From: Squalus acanthias
Taxonomy: Eukaryota
Direction of reading: 5' to 3'
Length of the DNA: 64,000 nt
Assembly: GCA_030390025.1 (NCBI GenBank)
Contig: CM059431.1
Coordinates: 119,352,001 to 119,416,000, forward strand
This document shows, piece by piece, positions 34,684-48,518 of the stretch. A model generated the notes under the pieces. That model searched no databases, had not been told where the DNA came from, and saw only the letters and a list, made by a program, of their open reading frames with translations. The number at the start of each line of letters is the position of its first letter. Position 1 is the stretch's first letter. The position numbers were made by a program, and so were the translations under genes.

Positions 34684-36203
34684 GTGTGGCAGTTTGATTT
34701 TTTTGAGAATAAATGTAGCTACTTTTTAGTTGCCACAACACTCCTGATACTAAATAACCTTGAAATTACAGAATGAGACTGTTGCACTATGTGAAACTGA
34801 AAATAAAGCACTGAAACTCCAATAACCTACAGCTGCGACTCATTACTGATGATCCCTTTAAATAACACCCTGGAGCCAGCTTCCAGCTATTTCACGCCAG
34901 CTCTCCCCGTCGCTATTTACTCCAAGCGCTAATGTAAGTAGTGACAATCAATTTTGCAGATTGGACTGCCAGAGAGCATTGCTAGCATCGGCACTGCAGG
35001 CAGGGGTGGGGGCGGTGACGGGATTTGGCGTGCGGCATTGGATTCTCCTCGCTGTACGCTGCATTGAACACATGCTGTATCTGAGTTGGCTGTGTTTGAT
35101 GAACATATTAAAGAGAGCATTACAATGAATCTAACCCGTGCTGTATCTGCACTGGCAGTGTTTGATGGGACAGTGTAGTGGGAACATTATCCTGTGAAGC
35201 GCCTTGGGATGTTTTACCATGTTAAAGGTGCTATATAAATACAAGTTTTTGTTGTTGTTGTTATTGTCCCAGATACAGCATGCGTTCAATGCAGCGTACA
35301 GCTCCCTTGGCACTACTGAATGAAGCACTTCAGCTCAGATACAACATAGGATGAATGGTGAGGTCCCTGGCTCAGTCACTTTCCTTTTCACTAATTATCT
35401 TGACTTGTCGATCCCTGCCTCATTCCAAACACCATTCCCTCAAACTGCCAGTGAAGGAGGGAGATAAACTGCCTGATATAAAGAGAGTGGAGACTTTCTG
35501 GTGTATAATGTAAGAGGGAGACAGGGGGGACATTGAATAGTAGTACCTCACATTTACAGAATGGGCGGGAAAATTTGTAAGTGGTAATTTTGGGAGCCTG
35601 TGCTCAGTTCTGGTGTCTCAGTACATGAGACCAGGGTTGGAGACATAACTGATTGCACAACCTGTGTTCATGCCCAATGAGACTGCACACCTGGGGTAGA
35701 TCTTGGTCCTGTGACTAAGTAGCACATTGAGTGGGAGGGGCTTGGGCTGCTTTGTGACATTAATATTGGCTGCTGTGTGATTGGCTCTGGTTCCTTTGTG
35801 ATGTCACCTGGAAACATGTTCATGCCCCTGGTTACACGTCACCAGTGGAGTTACTGTAGGAGGAGCTGGAGTGGGCAGCTGACACTGTGAGTGACTTTAG
35901 TCCATGTAAATAGGGGAAAGGAAAGAAAAGAACAATTTAATAATGTAAATAATACAACCAATTATCATAAATTACAAATATATTCAAATTAAATGTAATC
36001 ATAGTCACAAAAATAGTCCCAATGTATTCCAGTTACAGATTTGTGGATTAATATTAATCGTTAATATATTAAAAGCATCCAGGACTTCCCACATGGCACA
36101 GGATGTGCACTCCATGGGACTGAGCTGCCCTGCCATGCCTCTAGTTATTAGATTAATTAACTAAAGTATTTAGTATAACCATCTGCCCTTAGTTAAAGAC
36201 TAA

Positions 36204-37095
36204 GGGGTAAAAATTCAGTTGGTTGCGCCTCCCGTTAGCACCTTAAGAGGGCGCTAATGGGGCGCAAAGCCGCTAACGCCCGGGCGCAGCGATGTTTGCG
36301 CCGCTCGGGAACTTAACTTGACATTGTGCGGCGGCGCTAAAACTTACCGCTGCGACCACCTGCGCGTGCAGATTATGATGTCATTCCATGGTGCAACGCC
36401 CTTGTGGCGCCCCGGAGCGGAAATTGAGTGGCGCCCCCTGCCTTACCGCCTGGCGCATCCAACGACCAGAAGACTGGAACGCTATCAATCGCTGTGGGGC
36501 TGGGGGGGCGCTATTTAAAGGGGGCCTCTTCCTGTCTTTTATTGTTGGTGGCATTTTTGAACTACGCATTCTGAGAGAGAGAGGGAGAGACTTCTGGAGA
36601 GATTCAACATTGTGTGAAGGAGTTTTGGGTACTGAGCAGCACTTTGCAGGTTCATTTTGATTTGCCATTCCTAGTATCGATTTAGCAGAGACTGTGGGAG
36701 CTGCACTCTGAGCTCTTTGCCTGGTACTCTCCATTGTTCTTTCCAGCACATTTGATGTGCAAGTCTCTCCAGGCCGAGATTCAAGGCTGCAATGAGCAGG
36801 ATGTGGATGGAAAGCAAGATTAACCATCCCCTTTAAGAACTGGCCCGTGCCATTGTGTGTGTGTTCCATTGCTGACTGACATTACATGAGCTTCGCCAGC
36901 GCTCTGAGTTAGCGCCTCACTCCTTGGCCTTTGCGCCTTAAGACAGGTGTGCAGCGCCTGATTTAGCGCTCCACTCACCTCCCGGGGCGGTAAAAGTGAA
37001 GTTTCCAGTCAGTGCCGATAATTAGCGCCAGACGCTAATATTTGCGTCCAGACGATATTTGCGCCCCAAATGGGGCGCGACCTAATTTCTACCCC
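36204..37095. mobile_element. PIF/Harbinger MITE
   Basis: TIRs GGGGTARAAATT with canonical TAA TSD on both sides. Confidence 0.9.
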
Positions 37096-37437
37096 TAAAA
37101 GTCTACAGACAAAAAAAAAAGTGATACTCAAAAAAAAGAAATAAACTTCTAAAACTTAAAAAAAGACACTTACTAGCTACTCACCAATCAGCTCCTTCCC
37201 TCATGCCGATATCAGCTTTTTCACTCTGACGGCACTCTTTTGAATTTTGCCTCTCAGGTCCCGCGGCTGCTCCCACACAAGTCCGCCTCCTCCGGTGTTG
37301 GGACTCCTCTGCCGTGCTCCTTTATGGCCGCTCCGCCTTCTCTCAGGTCCCGCTGCCGCTCCCACGCAGGTCCACCTCCTCCTGAACACAGGTTGTACAA
37401 TCGGACCTGTCTGAACACAGGTTGTACAATTGATCCT

Positions 37438-39480
37438 GTCCAACCTTGGCTAACAAGAGAAGTAAAAGATAGTATTGGATCAAAGGAAGAGGCTTATAAT
37501 GTTGCCAAAAAGAGTAGTAAGCCTGAGGATTGGGGGGAGAATTCAGCAAAGGAGGACCAAGAAATTGATAAAGAAAGGGAAAATAGAATATGAGAGTAAA
37601 CTAGCGAGAGAAATAAAAACAGACTGTAAAAGCTCCTATAGATATGTAAAAAGGAAAAGATTAGCCAAAGTAAATGTGGGTCCCTTACAGACTGAGACAT
37701 GAGAAATTATAATGGGGAATAAGGAAATGGCAGAGCAATTGAACAAATACTTTGTGTCTGTCTTCACGGAAGAAGATGCAAAAAACTTCCCAGAAATAGT
37801 GGAGAACCAAGGCTCTAACGAGAATGAGGAACTGAAAGAAATTAGTATTAGTAAAAAAATAGTACTGGAGAAATTAATGGAACTGAAAGCCAATAAATCC
37901 CCTGGACCTGATGACCTACATCCTAGGGTTTTGAAAGAGGTGGCTATAGAGATAGCGGATGCAATGGTTGTAATTTTCCAAAATTCCATAGATTCTGGAA
38001 TGGTTCCCGTAGATTGGAAGGTAGCAACTGTAACCCCACTATTTAAGAAAGGAGGGAGAGAGAAAACGGGGAACTACAGACCAGTTAGCCTGACATCAGT
38101 AGTAGGAAAAATGCTAAAATCTATTATTAAGGATGTGGTAACAGGGCACTTAGAAAATAATAATGAGATTGGGCAGAGTCAACATGGATTTATGAAAGGG
38201 AAGTCGTGTTGGACAAATCTGTTAGAATATTTTGAGGTTGTAACTCGCAGAATAGATAAGGGGGAACCAGTGGATGTGGTGTATTTGGATTTTCAGAAGG
38301 CATTCCAAAAGGTGCCACACAAGAGGTTATTAAACAAAATTAGGGCTCACGGGATTGGGGGTAATATATTAGCATGGATTGAGGATTGCTTAACGGACAG
38401 AAAAGAGAGAGTAGGAATAAACGGGTCATTTTCGGGTTGGCAGGATGTAACTAGTGGGATACCGCAAGGATCAGTGCTAGGGCCTCAGCTATTCACAATC
38501 TACATCAATGATTTGGATGAGGGGACCAAATGTAATATATCCAAGTTTGCTGATGATACAAAGCTGGGTGGGAATGTAAGTTATGAGCAGGATGCAAAGA
38601 GGCTTCAAGGGGATATAGACAGGCTAAGTGAGTGGACAAGAACATGGCAAATGGAATATAATGTGGTGAAATGAGAAGTATTCACTTTGGTAGGAAAAAT
38701 AGAAAAGCAGAGTATTTTTTAAATGGTGAGAAATTGAGAAATGTTGATGTTCAGAGGGACCTGGGTGTCCTTGTACATGAATCACTCAAGTTAACATGCA
38801 GGTACAGCAAGCAATTAGAAAGCAAATGGTATGTTGGCCTTTATTAAAAGAGGATTTGAGTATAAGAGTAAAGACATCTTAATGCAATTATATAGGGCCC
38901 TGGTGAGACCACACCTGGAGTATTGTGTACAGTTTTGGTCTCCTTACCTAATGAAGATATACTTGCTATAGAGGGAGTACAACAAAGGTTCACGAGACTG
39001 ATTCCTGGGATGGGGGGATTGTCCTATGAGGAGAGATTGAGTAGACGAGGCCGATATTCTCTAGAGTTTAGAAGAATGAGAGGTGATCTCATTGAAACAT
39101 ACAAAATTCTTACAGGGCTTGACAGGGTAAATGCTGGGAGAATGATTCCCCTGGCTGGGGAGTCTAGAACCAGGGGTCACAGTCTCAGAATAAGTGGTTG
39201 GCCATTTAGGACTGAGATGAGGAAACATTTCTTCACTCGGAGGGTGGTGAATCTTTGGAATTCTCTACCCCAGAGAGCTGTGAAGACTCAGTCGTTGAGT
39301 ATATTCAAGACAGAGATCGATAGATTTTTGAATATTAAGCGAATCAAGGGATATGGGGATAGTGCTGGAAAGTGGAAATGAGGTAGAAGATCAGCCATGA
39401 TCTTATTGAATTGCGGAGCAGGCTCGAAGGGCTAAATGGCCTACTCCTGCTCCTATTTCTTATTTTCTTATTTTCTTATG
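37438..39480 (+). mobile_element. CR1 LINE 3' half (degraded ORF2)
   Basis: ORF 37712..38674 with NYRPVSLTS, YLDFQKAF, PQGSVLGP, KFADD; (TATTTTCT)n tail. Confidence 0.93.
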
Positions 39481-41263
39481 ACCAAGATCCCTAGTTTCAA
39501 TGCTGGGTTCAAACAGCAAGCACCAATGCTTGTAAAGTTGAGGAACTTTATTGAGATTCCCATCAGTCCAGTATTTTGCTGAGGTGAGAGTCTAACCAGC
39601 TCTTGCGAGCTTCTTTGACAGCTGCCATAAAGCTCGGCCTTTGATGCGACAAGTTGAATGGAGCTTGAGTCAACTATAAAGCTTGTTAATAACTCACATG
39701 TGAGTGCTTGAAATGTACATGTAGAGGGATTTTTATTCTGTAGTCATCCCATGCCCTACCTCAGCTGATGCACTTCACTGGGTAGTGTCACAGGAGCTTT
39801 ACGATGCATTTGATACATGCTGTATCTGAGTTGACAGTTTACACTGCATCCAACTCGTGCTGTACCTGGCCTGGGATTGTTTGATGGGGCGGTTGAGAGG
39901 GAATTTTACTCAGTATCCAACGCGTGCTGTACCTGGCCTTGGTAGTGTTTGATAGGACAGTGTAGAAGAAGCTTAAGCCAATTATTGCCCATGATGCTGA
40001 CTCTAATATGCTTCGATGGTCTTGATACCCTTGATGATACTGCTGGTTATCACTATTGACATGCCTTCCTGTTACAGGGAATAGACTGGTTTCAGAGCAC
40101 AAGAGAGGTTGTAATATCACTGTCTCATCCCACACACCATTCCCTCAAGCTGCCTCTCACTACCAGAGCAGGAAGGAAACACACTGCCTGATATAAAGAG
40201 AGGGGAGATTTTCGAGTATATAAAGCAAGAGGTAGACATGGGGGGCCATTGAATAGTGGGAACTCACATTTGGAGAATAGGATGGAGGACTTATAAGTGG
40301 TAATTTTGGGAGTCTGTGCTCAGTACTGGTGTCTCAGTACATGGGAGCGGGGTCGCAGACAGGACCGATTGTACAACCTGCATTCATACCCAATGAGACT
40401 GCACACCAGGAACAGAGCCTGGTAATGTCACCATGTAATACCTCGAGTGGGAGGGACTTGGACTGCTTTATGACATAGCTCCTGGCTGCTGTGTGATTGG
40501 CTCCTGGCTCCTTTGTGATGTCACCTGGAGACAGGTTTACGCCCCTGGTTACACATTATCAGTGGAGTTACGGTGGGAGGAGCTGGAGTGGGCAGCTGAC
40601 ACTGAGTGACTTTAGTCCATATAAATAAGGAATTAGAAAGAAGAGAATGATATAATATTAAAGGTAAGTAATTCACATAAATGTCATTAATTACAAATAT
40701 ATTCAAATTAAATATAATCATAGTCACAAAAATAGTTCCACTGTATTCCAGTTACAGATTCTAGAATTAATATTAATAACTTTTATGTTAAAAGATTCTT
40801 GGAGTGAGCAGTATCTCAGGAAGGTGGAGAGAGAGAAATCGACTCAACACCACACTAACTGGGACTGGAGAAAGGTCACTGGATTCACTGAACATATTTG
40901 GTGGGACCAAGACCCTCAGTATCAAAGATGGGTTAAAACAGCAACACTTCAACTATTGTAAAGGTAAGGAATGTTGGACATCCTGGAGAACTGTATGTTG
41001 GACATTTTGGGGAGTTAAGTAATAGTCGAACTACTTTGTATCTTGAAGCAACAGGTTTTCCGAAATAAACAGGATGGCTTTGAAGTGTCGTGAGAGGAAT
41101 GCATATCTTGTCTTCTGAAGTGTAAAGTGCTTGTGCAAAGAAATACATGAAGGTAACGTGTAAGACATGAATTATTAAGTTCTAACATTAGGGGCTTGGG
41201 CAATAAACATAGGTAGAAGTATCCATTAGCTTTAGTATAGAAATATAGCAGTTGATAAAGCCT

Positions 41264-43601
41264 ACTACAACAAAAAGAAAATACTGCAGATGCTGGAAAT
41301 CTGAAATAAAAACAGCAAATGCTGGAGATACTCAGCAGGCCAGGGAGCATCTGTGAAGAGAGAAACAGAGTTAACGTTTCAGGTCGATGACCTTTCGTCA
41401 GAACTGGAAAAAGCAGGAAATGGAACAGATTTTTAAGCAAGGGCAGGGGCTGGGAAAGGGGGGAGGGGATGAAAGAACAAAAAGGAAGGTCTGTGATAGA
41501 AGGCAGGAGAGGTTAAGAGACATTAAGAGATATTCAAGGCAAAAGGAGATGGTAATGGGACAGGTTAAGTAACAAAGGATGGCTCGAGATGAAGTGTGAA
41601 TTGCACTGGCAGAATGAAAGACAGCTGCCATGTGGGAGAGAAGAAAAAAAGACACAGACAAAAGGTGTGGATGAAAAATATATATATGATAGGGGCCGAG
41701 GTTATGATCTGAAATTGTTGAACTCTATGTTGAGTCCAGAAGGCTGTAAAGTGCCTAATCGAAAGATGAGGTGCTGTTCCTCAAAGTTCCGCTGAGCTTC
41801 AGTGGAACAATGCAAGAGGCCGAGGACAGTGAGGTCTGAGTCGGAGTGGAGCGAAGAATTAAAGTGACAGGCGACCGGAAGCTCGGGGTCCCCCTTACGG
41901 ACTGAACGGAGGTGTTCCACAAAGCGGTCACCCAATCTGCGTTTGGTCTCCCCAATGTAGAGGAGACCACATCGTGAGCAGCGAATACAGTATACTAAAT
42001 TGCAAGAAGTACAACTAAATCGCTGTTTCACCTGGAAGGGGTGTTTGGGGCCCTGGACAGTGGGAAGGGGGGAGGTATAAAGGCATGTGTTGCATCTCCT
42101 GCGCTTGCACGGGAAGGTGCCGGGCGAAGGGGAAGGGGTGTTGGGGGTAATAGAGGAGTGGACCAGTGTGTCGCGGAGGGAGCGGTCCCTTCGGAATGCT
42201 GAACGAGGAGGTGAGGGGAAGATGTGTTGTTGGTGGGATCATGCTGGAGGTGGCGGAAATGGCGGAGGATGATCCGTTGACTGTGGAGGCTGGTGGGGTG
42301 AAAGGTGAGGACAAGGGGAACTCTATCGTGGTTCCGGGAGGGAGGGGCAGGGGTGAGGGCAGAAGTGCGGGAGATAGAACGGACACGGTCAAGGGCCGTG
42401 TCAACCACAGTAGAAGGGAATCCTCGGTTGAGGAAAAATGAAGACATGTCAGAAGCACTGGTATGGAAGGTGGCATTGTCAGAGCAGATGCAGCAGAGAC
42501 GGAGAAACTGGGAGAATGGAATCGAGTCCTTACAGGAAGCGGGGTGGGAGGAAGTGCAGTCCAGGTAGCTGTGGGAGTCAGTGGGCTTGTAGTGAATGTT
42601 TGTCAATAACCTATCCCCAGAGATGGAGATGGAGAAGTCGAGGAAGGGAAGGGAAGAGTCGGAAATGGACCATGTGAAGGTGAGGGAAGGGTGGAAATTG
42701 GAAGCAAAGTGAATGAAATTTTCTAGTTCAGGGCAAGAGCAGGAAACCGCACCGATACATTCATCAATGTACTGGAAAAAGAGGTGAGGGAGGGGACCTG
42801 AGTAGGACTGGAACAAAGAGTGTTCCACGTATCCCATGAAAAGGCCGGCATAGCTAGGACCCATGCGGGTTCCCATAGCAACACCTTTGATTTGGAGGAA
42901 GTGAGTGGAGTCAAAGGAGAAGTTGTTCAATGTGAGAACATGTTCAGCCAGGCGGAGGAGGGTGGTGGTGGATGGGGACTGGTCGGGCCTCTGTTCAAGG
43001 AAGAAGCGGAGCGCCTTCAGGCCACCCCGCTGGGGGATGGAGGTGTAGAGGGATTGTACGTCCATAGTGAAAAGGAGACGGTTGGGGCCAGGAAACTGGA
43101 AACTGTTAAAGTGGCGGAGGGCGTTGGAAGAGTCGCGGATGTAGGTGGGAAGAGACTGGACAAGGGGAGAAAAAATAGAGTCGAGATAGGAAGAGATAAG
43201 TTCCGTGGGGCAAGAACAGGCTGAAACGATGGGTCTACCAGGGCAGTCCTGTTTGTGGATCTTGGGAAGGAGGTAGAAGTGGGCTGTGCGGGGTTGGGGA
43301 ACTATGAGGTTGGCGGCCATGGGGGGAAGATCTCCAGAGGAGATGAGGTCAGTGACAGTCTTGGAAACGGTGGCTTGATGTTCGGTAGTGGGGTCATGGT
43401 CAGGTGGAGGTAGGAGGAGGTGTCGGAGAGTTGGCGTTCAGCTTCCGCTAGGTAGATGTCGGTTCGCCAAACAACAACAGCACCACCCTTGTCAGCAGGT
43501 TTACTGACAATGTTGGGGTTGGATCTGAGAGAATGGAGTGCTGCAAGTTCAGAGGGAGGTAGGTTGGAGTGAGTGAGGGGAGCAGAGAAATGGAGATGGC
43601 C
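41264..43601 (-). mobile_element. Penelope-like retroelement, frameshifted, with complete 3' end
   Basis: Close paralog of 24633..26909; 10-bp TSD GATAAAGCCT (41254-41263, 43602-43611). Confidence 0.92.
41369..41406 (-). ncRNA. Minimal type I hammerhead ribozyme motif
   Basis: Minus strand cAGTT-CTGACGA-aAGGTCatcGACCT-GAAACGTT-AACT: intact core, 5-bp stem II, palindromic ACGT stem III. Confidence 0.75.
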
Positions 43602-46600
43602 GATAAAGCCTGTTCTTCAAAGAGGTTGGGGACAGTTACATCAGGAAGTCTTATCTAAGGGAAGTAGCTTTGGAATTATTAACTGCAGCTGTTTCCATGG
43701 ATAGACTATCTTCAATACATACGTCATGAGGTCTTATCTATGCCATATCCCTTTGATGCAGGCAACATATGGTGTATAAGCAAACATGGTTTTCAATAGT
43801 TCTTCGAAGAGCTTGTAAGATACAGAAACCGAAAAGCTGCTCCCTCTGTATACAGTTAGGCCGATCACTGTGCCATATATCAATAAAGACTGTTCAGTAT
43901 ACTACACTACTAAGTGTCTCTTGCATACTCAAAATTTGTTGTGAACCAGACTGCTAACAAGAAACTTATCTGAGATTCCCATCAATCCAGGATTTTGCTG
44001 ACCTGGGAGTCTAACCAGCTAATGGGAAGTTCTACGACAGCTGCCATAAGGCTCAACCTTTTATGCGACAATTTGTCTGGAGCTTAACTCATGTGTAAAA
44101 TTAGCCCATATCTTGACATTTACATGTAGAGGGATTTTTATTCTGTATTCATCTCATGCTGGACCCGAGCTGTGCTTCATTGGATAGTGTCAGAGGAGTT
44201 GTAAGCTGCATTTAACACTTGCTGTATCGGCGTTGGCTGTGTTTGATGAACCAATTTAGGAAGAGTTTTACACTGTATCTAACTCATACTGTATCTGCTC
44301 TGGGAGTGTTTTATGGGACAGATTCAAGAGAGCTTTTCTCTGTTTCTAACCCGCACTGTACGTGACCTGGGAGTGTTTGATGGGACAATGTAGAGGTAGC
44401 TTTATGCATTATTGCCAATGATGCACCCTCCAATTAATGCTCCGATCATCCCACCACTTAATACCCCTGATGATTCTTCCACTTATTGCTTCTGCAGCCC
44501 CTTCCTTTTATAAGGAATAGACTAGTTTCAGAGCACAGAGGAGATTGTAATAAGCCTGCCTCATCCCATACACCATTCCCTCAAACTGCCTCTCACTACC
44601 AGAGCAGGAAAGAGACAAACTCCCTGATAGAAAGAGAGGAGAGACTTTCTGGTGTATAATGCAAGAGGGAGACATGGTGGAACATTGATTAGTGGGACCT
44701 CACATTTGGAGGGTGAAAGGGAAAATTTCTAAGTGGTAATTTGGGGAATCTGTGCTCCCTGCCTGAAGTCTCAGTAAATGGGAGCAGGGTTGGAACAGGA
44801 CTAATTGTACTACCTGCATTCATCTCCAGTAAGATTGCAAACCAGGGGCAGAGCCTGGTCCTTTGACCATATAATACCTCGAGTGGGAGGGGCTTGGGCA
44901 GCATTGTGACAGTGATCCTGGCTGTTGTGTGATGTCACCTGGAGACAGGTTTACGCCTTTGGCTACACATCAGTGGAGTTACTGTGGGAGGAGCTGGAGT
45001 TGGCAGCTGACACTGTGAGTCACTTTAGTCTATATAAATAGGGCAAAGGAAAGAAAAGAACAATACAATGAACTAAGTAATAGAATCAAATATCATTAAT
45101 TGCCAATATATTCAAAATAAATGTAATCATAGTCACAAAAATAGTCCCAATCTATTCCAATTACAGATTCTAGAATTAATATTAATTCATTCTCAGGAAG
45201 GGGGAGAGAGTAACGTCAAATCATCACCATATTAACTGGGACTGGAGAAAGGTCGCTGGGTTCACTGAGCAGATCTGGTGGGGTCAAAACCCTCAGTACG
45301 AAGACAGGATGAAACTGCAAGCTTCAATTATTGAAAAGGTGAGGAACTTTACTGAGATTCACATCAGTGCAGATTTTGTTGGGTGAGAGTCTAACCAGCT
45401 ACTGCGAGCTTCTTTGACAGATGCCATAAGGCTCAGCCTTTGCTGTGACAAGTTGACTGCAGCTTAACTCATGTGTAAAGCTAGCCCATACCTCAGCTGG
45501 GAGTACTTGACACTTACATTTAGAGGGATTTTTAATCTCTATGCCTACCATGCTGTAACTGAGCTGGCGTGCTTCATTGGATAGTGTCAAAGAGTTTGTA
45601 CACTGCATTTAACACATGCTGTATCTGAGCTGGCTGTGGTAGGTGAACTAATTTAGAGAGAGCTTTACACTGTTTCTAACTCCTGCTGTACCTGGCCTGG
45701 GTGTGTTTGATGGAACAGTTGACAGGGAGGTTAAATCTGTATCTAATCCATGCTGCACCTTTCCTGGACGTGTTTGATAGGACAGTTTAGATGGAGCTTT
45801 CCCGTGCTGTACCTGGCCTGGGTGTGTTTATTGGGGCAATCCAGAGGAAGCTTTACTCCATTTTTGCCCATGGTGCCCCCTCCAATTAATGCTCCAATGG
45901 ATGCACCACTTGATACCCCTAATGATCCATCCACTTATTGCTTCTGATGCTCTTTTTTTACAGGGGATAGACTGGTTTCAAAGCAGAGAGGGGATTGTAA
46001 TATCACTGACTCATTCCATACACCATTCCCTCAAACTGCCTGTCACTGCCAGAGCAGGAGAGAGACAAACTGCCTGATATAATGAGGGGGAAGACTTTCT
46101 GGTGTATAACACAAGAGGTAGACCTGGGGTCCATTGAATAGTGGGATCTCACATTTGGAGGGTGTTAGGGAGAATTTATAAGTAGTAATTTTAGGAGTCG
46201 GTGCTCACTGCCTGGTGTCTCAGTACATGGGACCAGGGTTGGAGACTGGACTGATTGTACAACCTGTGTTCATGACCAGTGAGACTGCACACCAGGAGCA
46301 GATCCTGGCCATGTGACCATGCAATACCTCAAGTGGAAGGGGCTTGGGCTACATTGTGCCATTGTTTCACGCTGTTGTGTGATTGGCTCCTGGCTCCTGG
46401 AGACAGGTTCACGTCCCTGGTTACACATCATCAGTGGAGTTACTGTGGGAGGGGCTGGAGTTGGCAGCTGACACTGTGAGTGACTTTAGTCCATATAAAT
46501 AGGGGAAAGGAAAGAAAAGAACAACATAATATTAAAGTAAATAATACAACCAAATGTCATTAATTACAAATATATTCAAATTAATTATAATATAAAAATA

Positions 46601-46734
46601 GTCCCACTTTAATCCAGTTACAGATTCTAGAATTATTATTAATCACTTTTGTATTAAAAGATTCTTGGAGTAAGCAGTATCTTAGGAAGGTGGAGAGAGA
46701 GAAGTTGAATCAACACCACACTAACTGGAACTGG

Positions 46735-47986
46735 TGTAGGGGGTGGTGTGTGGGGTCAGTTTCACCTTTGACTCAGTGAGCGGTTCGAATCGCTCCCATG
46801 CCCCTGGTTCTAGTCCTTGGACTTATTTAGGGGTTGTGAACAAAGATGCAGTAGACAACAAGTTTTGACAAAAGAATTTTGACTTTATTAAAAAGAAAAA
46901 GGTAACAAACTTAAAACACTCTTAATGCTTAAACACAGGTTGGGGAACACATTGGTACAAGCAAGGGAAATAACCTTAGAAGAATACTTCACCCCTCCCA
47001 ATCCCACTTCACCCCTCCCTATCCCACTTCACTAGCTAGGTTGGACTCTGGAGAACCAGGGATAATGCTCACCAAACAAATCATTGACAGTTGAGAGTTA
47101 GGGTTTAGAGTCTTTTGAGTAAAAGGTTTCGTAAGGCCCTTGTTGCCGTGAGGTGTCCGATGGTCACTGAGTCAGTCGCTCTGGTTTCTTCTTGCGTGTC
47201 GGTCTGCTTGTGAAGCTGTTGGCCTTCTTTGTTTAACTTCTTGCTGTAACTCTGCCTCTGTTTAAACCATCTTCTTCCGAGCTGTGGAACTGCCTTCTTG
47301 CAGAACTGTGGAAACTGCCTTCTGCCTGCTTGTCCTGAACTCTGTAACTCCAGCCTTGACTTCTTGCTGAAAAACAGGCTTTTCGATTGAACTGCAGAAC
47401 TGCCTTCTGTTGAACTTGAACTGTAACTGTTTGATGGGCCTTCAATTATACTAAATTGAAGTGGCCTTATCTACCCCAAATCAAATCCCGGTCATTGTAA
47501 GACCTCGTTAACAGTAACGACTTTACTAAGTGTCAAATGGCTTGCCTCCTGTCGATCTCTTCGGTTGCTTACAGGTGATTGGTTTTGTGTTTTGTGTTTC
47601 TCGGCTGGACTCGGGTTTTTCTATAGAATGGTCCCGAGCGATTTGAATTATGCATGATTTTGATGGGTCTGTGATAGGTTTTAATGGGGCCTGTGTTTTG
47701 GGTGGGGCTGCCTTCTCCCAGGGTCTATTGTCCAAATGTTAATGCTTGCTGGGGCTTGAGTGAGGTCATCCCGATTCCCCAGACAATGCAATTAACTGCA
47801 ATTCCCAAAACTGCTGTGCAGCCTTTTCTCCCTTACAGGTCCAGACATGTCTTTTAAAATACCAAAACTTGGTTTTTGCTCTTAAATTCCTTATGTTAGG
47901 CCCAAATGCATTTTTATCACTTTGGGGTAGTTCCAAAGTCCTTTTTCCTTAGGTTTTGGGGATCTGCAAATTTTGGAAACCTTACA
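46735..47986 (-). mobile_element. Solo LTR, distant relative of the provirus LTR
   Basis: TGTAGG...TTACA termini, TSD CTGG, empty site visible in paralogous units (near 40860 and 45240); shares U5 hairpin, AATAAA and splice donor. Confidence 0.88.
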
Positions 47987-48049
47987 CTGGAAAAAGGTCG
48001 CTGGGTTCACAGAGCAGATTTGGTGGGACCAAGATCCCTAGTTTCAAAG

Positions 48050-48518
48050 AAAAAAAAAGACTTGTATTTATGTAGCGCCTTTCACAACCACCGGACATCT
48101 CAAAGTGCTCTACAGCCAAAGAAATACTTTTTCAGAGTGTAGTCACTGTTGTAATGTAGGAAACGCGGCAGCCAATTTGCACACAGCAAACTTCCATAAA
48201 CAGCAATGTGATAATGACCAGATAATCTGTTTTTGTTATGTTGATTGAGGGATACATATTGGCCAGAACACCAGGGATAACTCCCCTGCTCTTCTTCAAA
48301 ATAGTGCCACGGATCTTTTACGTCCACCTGAGAGAGCAGACGGGGCCTCGGTTAAACATCTCATCCGAAGGACGGCACCTCTGACAGTGCCGCACTCCCT
48401 CAGTACTGCACTGGAGTGTCAGCCTAGATTATGAGCTCAAGTCCATGGAGTGGGACTATGAACCCACAACCTTCTGACTTAGAGGCAAGAGTGCTGCCCA
48501 CTGAGCCACAGCTGACAC
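48050..48518 (-). mobile_element. Deu-domain SINE (SacSINE1/AmnSINE-like)
   Basis: tRNA-like head (gtggctcagtggg..gggttc), Deu-type body, L2-like tail; flanking repeat TCAAAG. Confidence 0.8.

Larger units (their letters stand above)
40972..43959 (+). mobile_element. Solo LTR (~650 bp) split by a Penelope insertion
   Basis: TGTTGG...CTAACA termini, AATAAA near 43882, imperfect GGAA/AGAA flanks; absent from paralogous repeat units. Confidence 0.6.

Noticed and set aside
40804..40970. FGGTKTL resembling an Ig/TCR J segment, with CACTGTG heptamers in the tandem unit
   Set aside because: Lacks the FGxG motif, and no nonamer lies at 12/23-bp spacing from the heptamers
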